A program made the translations under genes and the position numbers. This document shows, in pieces, positions 40,005 through 48,568 of a stretch of DNA of 64,000 nt. A model generated the notes under the pieces. That model saw nothing but the letters and a program-made list of their open reading frames with translations. It searched no databases and was not told the origin of the DNA. Positions within the stretch are counted from its first letter, which is position 1. Each line of letters opens with the position of its first letter. Source of the DNA: a virus (taxonomy: Duplodnaviria > Caudoviricetes); the IMG/VR virus record IMGVR_UViG_2974511964_000001, positions 64,001 to 128,000 of that record, one strand, 5' to 3'.

Positions 40005-40020
40005 TGTTTCACGTGAAACA
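40005..40020. promoter_or_regulatory. parS: parS site (ParB/Spo0J binding)
   Basis: TGTTTCACGTGAAACA within the extended palindrome AATGTTTCACGTGAAACATT. Confidence 0.85.
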
Positions 40021-40095
40021 TTTAAAATAAACGCTTGACAAGCCCTCAACTATCATGTATACTTAAGTCATTCAATAAGGAAAGGACGTTATAAC

Positions 40096-40230
40096 ATGCT
40101 TATTATCAGTATGGAAACATTACCTAAAATCATTGAGCTAGCACTTGCAATCTATGGGGGTATTAAGCTAGCAGACAAGTTTTTCCCCAGCATTAAGCAA
40201 TCAAAATTCTTTGAAAGTTTTTTCAATTAA
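40096..40230 (+). CDS. 44-aa membrane peptide (not in ORF track)
   Basis: Promoter at 40034, SD AAAGGA. Confidence 0.6.
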   Translation: MLIISMETLPKIIELALAIYGGIKLADKFFPSIKQSKFFESFFN

Positions 40231-40297
40231 GCTATTGACATTTAAAAATAACAAGCTTATAATTAAGACATTAAATAAGAAGAGGAGTTAATACATT

Positions 40298-40669
40298 ATG
40301 AGCAATGAAATTAGAGATGGCCTAATGAACAACGTGACACGGTATGATGATATTCAGGAATACGGAAAGTATAACGCAGGGGCAACAACGGAAGACCTAC
40401 AAGAATTGATTTATAATGGTTGGATTGCTGAATTGACACCGGGAACTTACAATGGTGCACTTGATAAGTTTGACCGGGTCACTAAGCTAACTGATAATGA
40501 TATTATTGGCGCTATTAAGTTGAATATAGCGGAAGATGACACAATAATGGAAACAATCGAATCTTTTTATTCCGGTGATAGTACCTCTGATATGCAAGCA
40601 TTAGCTTATACGGAAATTTATGATGTGTTTACAATTGGTCAACGATTATATGTTGACATGGATAAATAA
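40298..40669 (+). CDS. Acidic early protein
   Basis: SD GAGGAG, TACATT-ATG. Confidence 0.75.
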   Translation: MSNEIRDGLMNNVTRYDDIQEYGKYNAGATTEDLQELIYNGWIAELTPGTYNGALDKFDRVTKLTDNDIIGAIKLNIAEDDTIMETIESFYSGDSTSDMQALAYTEIYDVFTIGQRLYVDMDK

Positions 40670-40718
40670 ACCTGATATACTGTATTCAGTTAATAAATAA
40701 GAAAAGGAAGTTATAAAC

Positions 40719-41021
40719 ATGACAGCAAGTGAAAAATTAACACAACTAATTGAAAACGATAAGTTAACGGACGACCAACTAGATAACTTGAATAACTGGG
40801 GTATTCTAACCGTATCAGAGTTGAGAGAATATTTAATTGACTTGATTCATAAATTAAAAAATGAAACTTATAGCGTTGACTATGAGGAAGCAGTTGTAGC
40901 ATTATATGATTTACTTGATTATAGTGATGATTATTTTGTGATTTATGATGAGGCCGACGTAAGCGAATTAGATTTTGATACCTTGATGGACGCCCTAGAC
41001 ACTGCACTAGATGTTGACTAG
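40719..41021 (+). CDS. Very acidic early protein
   Basis: D/E-rich; own promoter embedded in the end of the upstream ORF. Confidence 0.75.
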   Translation: MTASEKLTQLIENDKLTDDQLDNLNNWGILTVSELREYLIDLIHKLKNETYSVDYEEAVVALYDLLDYSDDYFVIYDEADVSELDFDTLMDALDTALDVD

Positions 41022-41037
41022 AAAAGAGGAAATTAAA

Positions 41038-41409
41038 ATGAAACTATATAAATTATTAATTGCTGTTGTTGCCGGGGTTACATTGTCACTAGTTACCGCA
41101 TATAATGCGGATGCTAGCAGGCCGAATTATGCTTATACCTTAACACGGACTAAGCAACACGCTGTTAAGCTTACCAATACCGGACGTACTGAAAACATGT
41201 ACCGAGTAACCGTTAAGACTGGTAAAGCTGTAAGATGGTATTACATGGCTTTAAATGCTAAACAGTCATGGCTAGTTAAACAGCCTCGTAAGTATAGTGT
41301 TACTGTTCGGCGTGTATCTAAAAGTGATGAGAAGCGCAATGCAGACCCACGTAACCACTTTACACCATTAGGAATTAGAAACACTCAACGAACCGTATGG
41401 AATCGTTAG
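41038..41409 (+). CDS. Secreted basic protein
   Basis: Signal peptide MKLYKLLIAVVAGVTLSLVTAYNADA; K/R-rich mature part. Confidence 0.7.
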   Translation: MKLYKLLIAVVAGVTLSLVTAYNADASRPNYAYTLTRTKQHAVKLTNTGRTENMYRVTVKTGKAVRWYYMALNAKQSWLVKQPRKYSVTVRRVSKSDEKRNADPRNHFTPLGIRNTQRTVWNR

Positions 41410-41436
41410 AATAGGATAATTGGAGGAATTTAAAAA

Positions 41437-41598
41437 ATGGGATTTACTGAAGTTTTAACAATTGTATTTGTAGTATGTAAGCTACTAGGTATTATTACTT
41501 GGTCATGGTGGCTTGTATTGTTACCTGAAATTATTGCCGGTGTACTTTATATCAGTTTTGTAGGAATTACATTATTCGGAGTGTTTAAACGCTACTAG
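41437..41598 (+). CDS. 53-aa membrane protein (LKL.G.I.WSWW.V..P family; not in ORF track)
   Basis: SD GGAGG; LTIVFVVCKLLGIITWSWWLVLLP. Confidence 0.7.
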   Translation: MGFTEVLTIVFVVCKLLGIITWSWWLVLLPEIIAGVLYISFVGITLFGVFKRY

Positions 41599-41608
41599 AG
41601 TAATTAAG

Positions 41609-41635
41609 GACTAGTCTATCATGGCTAGTCTTTTT
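41609..41635 (+). terminator. Intrinsic terminator
   Basis: GACTAG/CTAGTC followed by TTTTT. Confidence 0.8.
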
Positions 41636-41649
41636 GTATGGTCATTGAA

Positions 41650-41940
41650 TAGCGTGTATATAAGCGTGTATATAAGCGTGTATACGAGCCGTTATAGGTG
41701 CATGGCAGTATATAGGGCAATAGGTAGTGGGATAGCAATATATAGACAATGTACATTAGTACATACATACGAGCCTACAATACATACATACCTAAGAGGT
41801 AGACAGTACATACATATATACGAGCCTAGCAATACACACATATAGATATATATACGAGCCTAGCAATACACACATATAGATATATATACGAGCCTACAAT
41901 ATATAGTCAATAGGTAGGCAATACATACATACGAGCCTAA
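41650..41940. repeat. Non-coding tandem/dispersed repeat array
   Basis: AGCGTGTATATA x3; ATACGAGCC x6; an exact 34-bp tandem duplication at 41814-41881. Confidence 0.9.
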
Positions 41941-42761
41941 GGTTCACCTATCTTACTAATAATATTACAGTACACAGCCAGCCTAGTTAGTTGACCAGCT
42001 AACCAATCACGTATACAACTAGCCGATTGCTTAATCACTGTACTAGCTAACCAATATGCAATCATATCATGCTGGTTTATATCAACTTATTATGGCTACA
42101 TGTATAGGCTACCTATATACGGCTTATATATGGGCGTGTATTAACAGTTAGCCGTATATAGGTGTAATTATACTGGTGGCAATATAAACGGCTTAGAATG
42201 GCTGCTAGGGGGCTTATATAGGGCGCTTATATTGGTAGCCTATTGCTGCATACAAAAATAACCCTATATACTTTCATATAGGGGTTGACCAGTGGCTAAA
42301 TACATGTTATAATTAGTTATACAATAAAAGAGGAGGTAAAGATAAAACTACATAGTACGGTTACCATGGCTACATAGTCCAAAAGCCTTACTAGTTCTGT
42401 ACGAGGAGTGTATACTTTTTTAAAAATTAACTTAACAATTCCCTAATCATATCCGGTATAGCTTAGACCGTGTAGCTGTGGTGCTGGTACTATTGAGCTG
42501 TTATTAACCTCCTTTACTTTATATACTAAGTATACAGCTATATGGGGTAAATGTCAACCTTTTTAGCAAATTAATTTAAGCTATACCAATTCTAAAATAG
42601 GTCAATACTCACCATAGGCTACATCGACTATAAACGCCGGTATAATAACATTCCTTAAAATAACGATAAAACCGTACCAATTTATTTTGAAATAGTTGTT
42701 GACAGGTTACAAACTAGGGTATATACTATAGTCAATCAATAAGAAAAGAGGAAATTACATT

Positions 42762-43016
42762 ATGAAATTAGATATTAACGTATTAAACCTATTACTCAAC
42801 AAGGAAACCATCCGCTTTATTGCTCAACCTGATAAGAACGGCTTCAGCAAGTCGGTAGTTGTTGGCTCGGTTGGTCATGTATACTCATTAGAGAGAGTAA
42901 GTAGCTTTGAACCATGTAGCAGTCTTACGAACAACAACGTTATCTTAGATGGGGTTAATAAGGATTATAAAACCTTGATGGCGTATCTCAAAGCTAATAA
43001 ATACGAATTATTTTAA
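42762..43016 (+). CDS. Hypothetical early protein
   Basis: Promoter at 42699, TACATT-ATG. Confidence 0.75.
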   Translation: MKLDINVLNLLLNKETIRFIAQPDKNGFSKSVVVGSVGHVYSLERVSSFEPCSSLTNNNVILDGVNKDYKTLMAYLKANKYELF

Positions 43017-43086
43017 ATAGTTCTTGACAAGCCCGAGTATAGGGCATATGATTAAGACATTAAATAAGGAAAAGGAGTATTACATT

Positions 43087-43332
43087 ATGGAAAAACGTGA
43101 AGCATTTGCAAGCATTTCAATTACTAACACAACGGCGCTACTTATTACAGACATCGACGAAGCAGGTGAAAACGTGACCTATTGCGTCAGTGTACTGGAC
43201 GAAGCACAAGCGCCTAAAAGCCACCATGCTAAAATTAGTTACACTATTAAAGATAACGAACCATACTTTAATAGCATTCTAGGACGAATGCATTTGTCTG
43301 AAGCAATGAAGATTACACCAGTTGAAATTTAA
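43087..43332 (+). CDS. Hypothetical early protein
   Basis: SD AAGGAG, TACATT-ATG. Confidence 0.75.
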   Translation: MEKREAFASISITNTTALLITDIDEAGENVTYCVSVLDEAQAPKSHHAKISYTIKDNEPYFNSILGRMHLSEAMKITPVEI

Positions 43333-43408
43333 TTTTGAAAAGTAGTTGACAGGTAGCCATATACCTGCTATACTATAATCAATAAATAAGGAAAGCAGGA
43401 ATTACATT

Positions 43409-43741
43409 ATGATTTTAACAAGCATATTAGACACGGTAAATAGCATTAACGAAGCATGGTTACGGGAATCGTTAAAACGAGAAGCAACCGCTATTAATAA
43501 CAGCACCGATACCCATATGGAAGTTTATAATAACAAGCCTAATCATTTTACAATTGTGGTTGATGATTCGCTTGAATACATGTTAGATACTACCGACTAT
43601 ACAGCTGAACTAACACACCACCCATCAATCTTTAATGATGACACGTTGGAAACCTTACTAGTTGCTATCGTCGATGACAGTGATGATTTTGAAGATAAGC
43701 TAGCATTTGAAGTTATCATGGCTATTTATCATACACTATAA
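43409..43741 (+). CDS. Acidic early protein
   Basis: Promoter at 43347, TACATT-ATG. Confidence 0.75.
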   Translation: MILTSILDTVNSINEAWLRESLKREATAINNSTDTHMEVYNNKPNHFTIVVDDSLEYMLDTTDYTAELTHHPSIFNDDTLETLLVAIVDDSDDFEDKLAFEVIMAIYHTL

Positions 43742-43962
43742 AGCAATTAGGGTTATCCATGGGGGTAGCCCTTTTATATACATCCGTTTATACGCCACTA
43801 TAAGCTTGTTACGGACGTTTTATATTAGGGGTAGTATAATTACACTAGGCATAGTCTAAAACGTCTCACAGGGCTTGTATGGACGTTATAGAGGTATTGA
43901 CACCACCATTATACTATGTTATGCTATATTAGAGTTGAAAGCAGTTGAAAGGTGGTACACTA

Positions 43963-44223
43963 ATGACTAATCATAACAAGCAACAACAAGCATATGCAAC
44001 ACCAGTTAAGGACAAGCTACGGCTATTAACAGGTAAAGTTATCACGCTTAATACCTATAACACTAACTACCCAGTTGAATTTGTCGAACCATTGTTATTC
44101 TATATTGCTTATGGCTTACCTGATAAACTAGACACTAACACATTGACTAGCTATTTCAATCAACACTACACCAAGGGTACACCACTTAATAAAGTAGGAC
44201 TGCACTTAATTAACCCTCACTAG
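43963..44223 (+). CDS. Hypothetical early protein
   Basis: Promoter at 43896, SD GAAAGGTGG. Confidence 0.65.
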   Translation: MTNHNKQQQAYATPVKDKLRLLTGKVITLNTYNTNYPVEFVEPLLFYIAYGLPDKLDTNTLTSYFNQHYTKGTPLNKVGLHLINPH

Positions 44224-44412
44224 GCTATTTTGATAGCTATAAATTAATTTCAATTAGGTGGTTGCATTCAATTGCCTAATATGGTATATTTAAAGAGTAG
44301 AAAAACAAGACATCAACCGGCAAAATAAAATAAATTAAATTCAATTAGTTGTTGACATGTTAGAATATGAGGTTTATACTTAAGTCATTCAATAAGCAAA
44401 GGGGTTTTATAC

Positions 44413-44754
44413 ATGATTAAATTAGAGAACACGATTAAAGTTTTTGTACCAGTAACTAACAATGACGGGGTAAAGGTTGACTTAAACCCTGAAATTAAAG
44501 CCGCCTTAACGGTTATCGGGGGCGCCACTACCTATACAGCCCGAGGCAATTGGACGGACAATAACAGGCTGTACACCGATAACATTAACGTTATGCAGTT
44601 CAATACTATGGACTTTAACAAGGACACTACTCGGGTTATCAGTGACCTAATTCGTGCAATCTTTATTAAAGCCGAGCAACTAGCCGTTAGCGTTGAAATT
44701 AACGGGGTTCTATACATTTTAGAAAGTACTGAAGATATTAAAGAATTATTTTAA
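44413..44754 (+). CDS. DUF3574/PII-like fold protein (possible SAM-lyase relative)
   Basis: FVP...GGATT..ARGNW...D...QLAVSV pattern. Confidence 0.5.
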   Translation: MIKLENTIKVFVPVTNNDGVKVDLNPEIKAALTVIGGATTYTARGNWTDNNRLYTDNINVMQFNTMDFNKDTTRVISDLIRAIFIKAEQLAVSVEINGVLYILESTEDIKELF

Positions 44755-44825
44755 AATAGCTGTTGACAACTTAAAAAGTAGGGTATATACTTAAGTCATT
44801 AAATAAGAAAAGGAAGTTATACATT

Positions 44826-44963
44826 ATGACATCACGCAAAAACAACTGCTCAACTATCAAGGCCACTAAGGGTAACCAAGTTCGTTACTTGTCTACACGG
44901 GACGAAACTAAAGGATTAGACATTCAATTAGACTTATTGGAGTGGACACTAACAGCTATCTAA
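44826..44963 (+). CDS. 45-aa early protein (not in ORF track)
   Basis: Promoter at 44764, SD AAGGA, TACATT-ATG. Confidence 0.65.
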   Translation: MTSRKNNCSTIKATKGNQVRYLSTRDETKGLDIQLDLLEWTLTAI

Positions 44964-44980
44964 CAATATTATAATTATTA

Positions 44981-45009
44981 ACGGCTATCCATTAGGACGG
45001 CCGTTTTTT
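44981..45009 (+). terminator. Intrinsic terminator
   Basis: ACGGC/GCCGT followed by a T-run. Confidence 0.8.
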
Positions 45010-45629
45010 GTTGTCTATAATAGCATATCATGCACAATGCTATATAACGCATTGTAAGCCGTTCTAATCCATTTTAAGCTAGGCCGGTGTAATTACACTA
45101 ATATATAGATTAACACTCTTACACGCTATGTATGAAGCATACAGCTATACTAACGATATTATTAACACGTTACAGCGTGCTACAATAAAATTATATTATA
45201 ATTCGTGTATAAATTAACACGGTATATGCAATCCGCTATAATGTTACATTTATATTATTTTTATAAAATTCCCTTGACATTGTCGGCGTATAGTGTTATG
45301 TATCACACCCCCTCCCCCCTGTCAAGCCCCATACATAGGGGTACCTTGTCTACCTGCCTCGCTCAACCTTAGGCACAAATATTTTAGCCCAAAATTTTAG
45401 CATATTATACGGTATACTGAACACTATAATGAACTCCCATATGCACTGCCATATACCCTCCCCCCATTAAATAAATGAGCAGCTAATTCTAAATACCGGT
45501 ATATAAACAAATCCTAAAAACGCCCCCATAAAATTTTTGGCCTAATCAAGGCTATCGTAAATAAAAAGACTGCTCAATTAAGAGTAGCCTTTAGAATACT
45601 AATATTGAATTGTACTTTTATCAGTATTA

Positions 45630-45860
45630 TTACTCTGCAACTTTGGTTAGCAGCGGCATCCCATCTGAGTGAGACATAATAACTAATTTATTAATACCTT
45701 CATAGTCAGAATTAATTGTAAATGGCCGGCTAATACAAAAAGTATTTCCATCCATATTCTTAACCATAGCAAATTTATCTTTACTATCTTTACCAACGAT
45801 TTTAGCAACAGTGTCTGAACTACAAATGTTCTCTTTTGTGTAATAATCCTTAAATGTCAT
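45630..45860 (-). CDS. Hypothetical protein
   Basis: SD AAGGAG. Confidence 0.7.
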   Translation of the reverse strand: MTFKDYYTKENICSSDTVAKIVGKDSKDKFAMVKNMDGNTFCISRPFTINSDYEGINKLVIMSHSDGMPLLTKVAE

Positions 45861-45889
45861 AATTACTCTCCTTTTGTGTCTTTAACAAA

Positions 45890-46243
45890 TTATTTAACTA
45901 ATGTGAACCCTAAGCTATCCACAAGATAGCCTAACTTCTTTATTTCGATATCTTTATTAACAACAGTCCAATCATCTGTGTTAACAATTGAAACGAACGA
46001 GGGACTTTCTTGGATTACTATAAAGTAAGCATCCCCTTTTCGTAATTTACTCCCAACCCCCAGTTCAGAATACTCTTCCCAACTTTGAGTCATATCCGCC
46101 CTGCATGGCAGGTAGTATTTGCCGTTGTTATAAACAGCCTGGTTAAAAGCATCTAAATGAATATAAGAACCTTTAGGCCAATTAACCCCACGTACTCTTG
46201 TACCATTCATTAATACCATTTCTAGAGCTTCATCAAATTCCAT
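45890..46243 (-). CDS. Tad2/DUF2829-like domain plus C-terminal beta-domain, paralog 1
   Basis: MEFDEALE...G.RVR..W...YI...D....WE. Confidence 0.65.
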   Translation of the reverse strand: MEFDEALEMVLMNGTRVRGVNWPKGSYIHLDAFNQAVYNNGKYYLPCRADMTQSWEEYSELGVGSKLRKGDAYFIVIQESPSFVSIVNTDDWTVVNKDIEIKKLGYLVDSLGFTLVK

Positions 46244-46245
46244 AA

Positions 46246-46686
46246 CTAGTTATCCCCCTCTGTATTAGCTAATCTATTGTGATGCTTCCTAGCAACATTC
46301 CAAACCTCATCAAGTTCATTCTTGTCAGACTTACTAGCTATCGAAAGGCTCTGAAAATTCAACATACTAACAAGTTGTCCCTCATCAATACCTTTGGCTA
46401 TTTCAACGAATGTTTTATCATCTAGGATTGCATAAGTACCGTCAGCTTCCTTAATCAACCGATACTTACTGGTGCTACCATATTGAGTTAATAGTGCACC
46501 TGCTGATGGAATATCAGCAATTTCCCAATCTGCAATAAAATCTTTCTTACTGAGACTAAACGGACTTCCAGTATTACCTACAACATCACCATCATCATTT
46601 AGCATAATATAACCATATCCTGTTGAGTTTACTCGTGTTACCTTTTTACCGTCTAACATAGCTTGTAATGCTTCACTAAATTTCAT
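46246..46686 (-). CDS. Tad2/DUF2829-like domain plus C-terminal beta-domain, paralog 2
   Basis: MKFSEALQAMLDGKKVTR...YI...S..DFIADWEI. Confidence 0.7.
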   Translation of the reverse strand: MKFSEALQAMLDGKKVTRVNSTGYGYIMLNDDGDVVGNTGSPFSLSKKDFIADWEIADIPSAGALLTQYGSTSKYRLIKEADGTYAILDDKTFVEIAKGIDEGQLVSMLNFQSLSIASKSDKNELDEVWNVARKHHNRLANTEGDN

Positions 46687-46708
46687 AGTTAATCCTCCTA
46701 GATTAGTT

Positions 46709-46945
46709 TTATTCTTTACAAGTCCGGCCATGAAACCACATGAGCGTATCCATTTCCTCGTGAGGGCTGTCTAGCTTGGTTTCAACTATACGGATTCCAA
46801 AATATTCAGCATCTTCAAAGCAAGAAATATAACGACTTGCCTTTTCCTTCGTAGAAAACACACCTAGAATACCACACATTAGGTTTGTATGGTCTTCGTT
46901 GTAACTTTCATATTCACATTCTTGATAAACAAGGTATACTGTCAT
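46709..46945 (-). CDS. Hypothetical protein
   Basis: VYLV...ILGVFSTKEKA phage motif; SD GGAGG. Confidence 0.7.
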   Translation of the reverse strand: MTVYLVYQECEYESYNEDHTNLMCGILGVFSTKEKASRYISCFEDAEYFGIRIVETKLDSPHEEMDTLMWFHGRTCKE

Positions 46946-46974
46946 ATTGGACCCTCCGTTATTAATTATAGATT

Positions 46975-47703
46975 CTAGTCACCCACGTTTAGGAGAGTGT
47001 ACCCCTCAACCCTAAGCAGTATCTTGAGCATATCTTCTCTAATGTGTTCCCTTACTACCATATAGGTTTCTGTATTAACAATCGAATAGGTGTTATCCGG
47101 GGAAACAACTATCTTATAGAAGTTGCCGTTATTATGCTTTAAAACAGTACCCGCCATAGAGTAACTGTAGTGCCAATCATGGTACGTACTAGAATCGCTA
47201 AAAAGATAGGTGTCTCCATTTTCATCAATAAAGTCGTTGTTATCAGCATCTAGCATAATATATTCATTCGGTTCCCAGCAGTCGGCTCTAACTTTTTTGC
47301 CCTTCAGCATAGCGCGCAACGCCTCATTAAAATTCATACTAATTTCTCCTTGTACTGTAGGACTGTCTGCTATGAATCCCAGCCCATATACTACATCATC
47401 TACATAAGTATTAGGAATATCCTCAATTAAAGTTGCCCAACATGACATACTAACAATAGAATAGGTGTGGTCGTCTGCTAGTACAATAATAAAATCATTG
47501 CTGTTGCAGTGCAATATCATCCCAGACTTATCGACTACTCCCATACCCGTTCCAAGCTCATATGTGCTTCTCTCTACTAGCTTAGGTCCAGAAGAAGTCT
47601 TAATACCTAAAGGATTTTTGAAGGAATCAATAGGATGGTCGCAATGCTTGTTCAATACCTTGTCAAAATTCAGCTTATTACTAGTAATTTCATTTAACTT
47701 CAT
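46975..47703 (-). CDS. Beta-domain - Tad2-like - beta-domain protein, paralog 3
   Basis: Internal MNFNEALRAMLKGKKVRADCW with its own SD (ATG at 47337). Confidence 0.65.
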   Translation of the reverse strand: MKLNEITSNKLNFDKVLNKHCDHPIDSFKNPLGIKTSSGPKLVERSTYELGTGMGVVDKSGMILHCNSNDFIIVLADDHTYSIVSMSCWATLIEDIPNTYVDDVVYGLGFIADSPTVQGEISMNFNEALRAMLKGKKVRADCWEPNEYIMLDADNNDFIDENGDTYLFSDSSTYHDWHYSYSMAGTVLKHNNGNFYKIVVSPDNTYSIVNTETYMVVREHIREDMLKILLRVEGYTLLNVGD

Positions 47704-47721
47704 GGCTTATCCTCCTATTGA

Positions 47722-48081
47722 CTAATTACTATATTTAATTACTTTCATACCATACGATTTAATAACATCATCAAGTCTATCCTTATAGATATCACCAATA
47801 AATACTCTCCAAGTTTTAATATCAACAAGGTCTAACCTGCCACGGTTATTCCAAACAACCCGATACCGGTCTTCTAGATGGCTTAGCAGCGCTCCTACAG
47901 TAACTTTAGGCTGGTATAGGTTCCACTCTGCTTCATATAGTCTATCACCAATAGAATATGGAAAACCCTGTTCATCTACAATTTTGTTATCAACCAACTC
48001 AATATAGTCATGTCCAGCCCAGGTTTTACAACAAACCCTTTTACCTTCCAACAGGCATTGCAATGCTTCACTAAAAGTCAT
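47722..48081 (-). CDS. Tad2/DUF2829-like domain plus C-terminal beta-domain, paralog 4
   Basis: MTFSEALQCLLEGKRV..KTW...YI. Confidence 0.65.
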   Translation of the reverse strand: MTFSEALQCLLEGKRVCCKTWAGHDYIELVDNKIVDEQGFPYSIGDRLYEAEWNLYQPKVTVGALLSHLEDRYRVVWNNRGRLDLVDIKTWRVFIGDIYKDRLDDVIKSYGMKVIKYSN

Positions 48082-48389
48082 AATAATTCCTCCTTGATAG
48101 TATTATCGCTAACATAGATGTTTGAAGAAAGCAGTGTTGGCGAATACGTTCTAGCTAGCTGAGTAAGTGTGTTCCTTACTACTGAGACATCAATAGCAGA
48201 GACCACTGCGACATCTAGTGTAATGTCATAAACAGTATCTCCATTTTTAGGAAATGAATAAGAAGTTAAATAATGCGGGTGGAACCTTACAATAGTGTCT
48301 AAAATGCTTGTAAATTGGCTTTCGGTTAAATTAATAAACCCTAAAGACGCATGTACTAAAAATTTTGATTTTACTTCACTTGTTTTCAT
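48078..48389 (-). CDS. Hypothetical protein
   Basis: SD AAGGAG. Confidence 0.7.
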   Translation of the reverse strand: MKTSEVKSKFLVHASLGFINLTESQFTSILDTIVRFHPHYLTSYSFPKNGDTVYDITLDVAVVSAIDVSVVRNTLTQLARTYSPTLLSSNIYVSDNTIKEELL

Positions 48390-48391
48390 GC

Positions 48392-48568
48392 TTAGCTCTC
48401 CTTTGACTTATTGTCTTTCTTGTATGCTCTGTACTCTTCTTGACTTAAGCCTAGTTTAACTCGTTCAGCTAGATTAGTCAACTCCTTTTTAAACTCGTCA
48501 CTTTCGTTATACGCTAGTACCTTTCTGGCAAGTGGGTCGTTCTTATTGACCATGTCTTTTAAACTCAT
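48392..48568 (-). CDS. 58-aa protein, paralog of 52695..52859 (not in ORF track)
   Basis: MSLKDMVNKNDPLARKVLAY..S.EFKKEL..LAERVKLGLSQE. Confidence 0.7.
   Translation of the reverse strand: MSLKDMVNKNDPLARKVLAYNESDEFKKELTNLAERVKLGLSQEEYRAYKKDNKSKES

Larger units (their letters stand above)
37620..45010 (+). other. Probable long terminal repeat / early host-takeover module
   Basis: More than 15 near-consensus TTGAC(A/T)-17-TA(T)(A/G)(A/C)T promoters, short genes, shared leaders, and non-coding flanks at a strand switch. Confidence 0.7.

Noticed and set aside
41621-41845. 74-aa ORF
   Set aside because: Starts inside a terminator hairpin, has no SD, and merely translates the repeat field.
41760-41940. 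CRISPR-like mini-array
   Set aside because: The repeat core is only about 11 bp, the spacers are low-complexity and partly identical, the spacing is irregular, and there are no cas genes.
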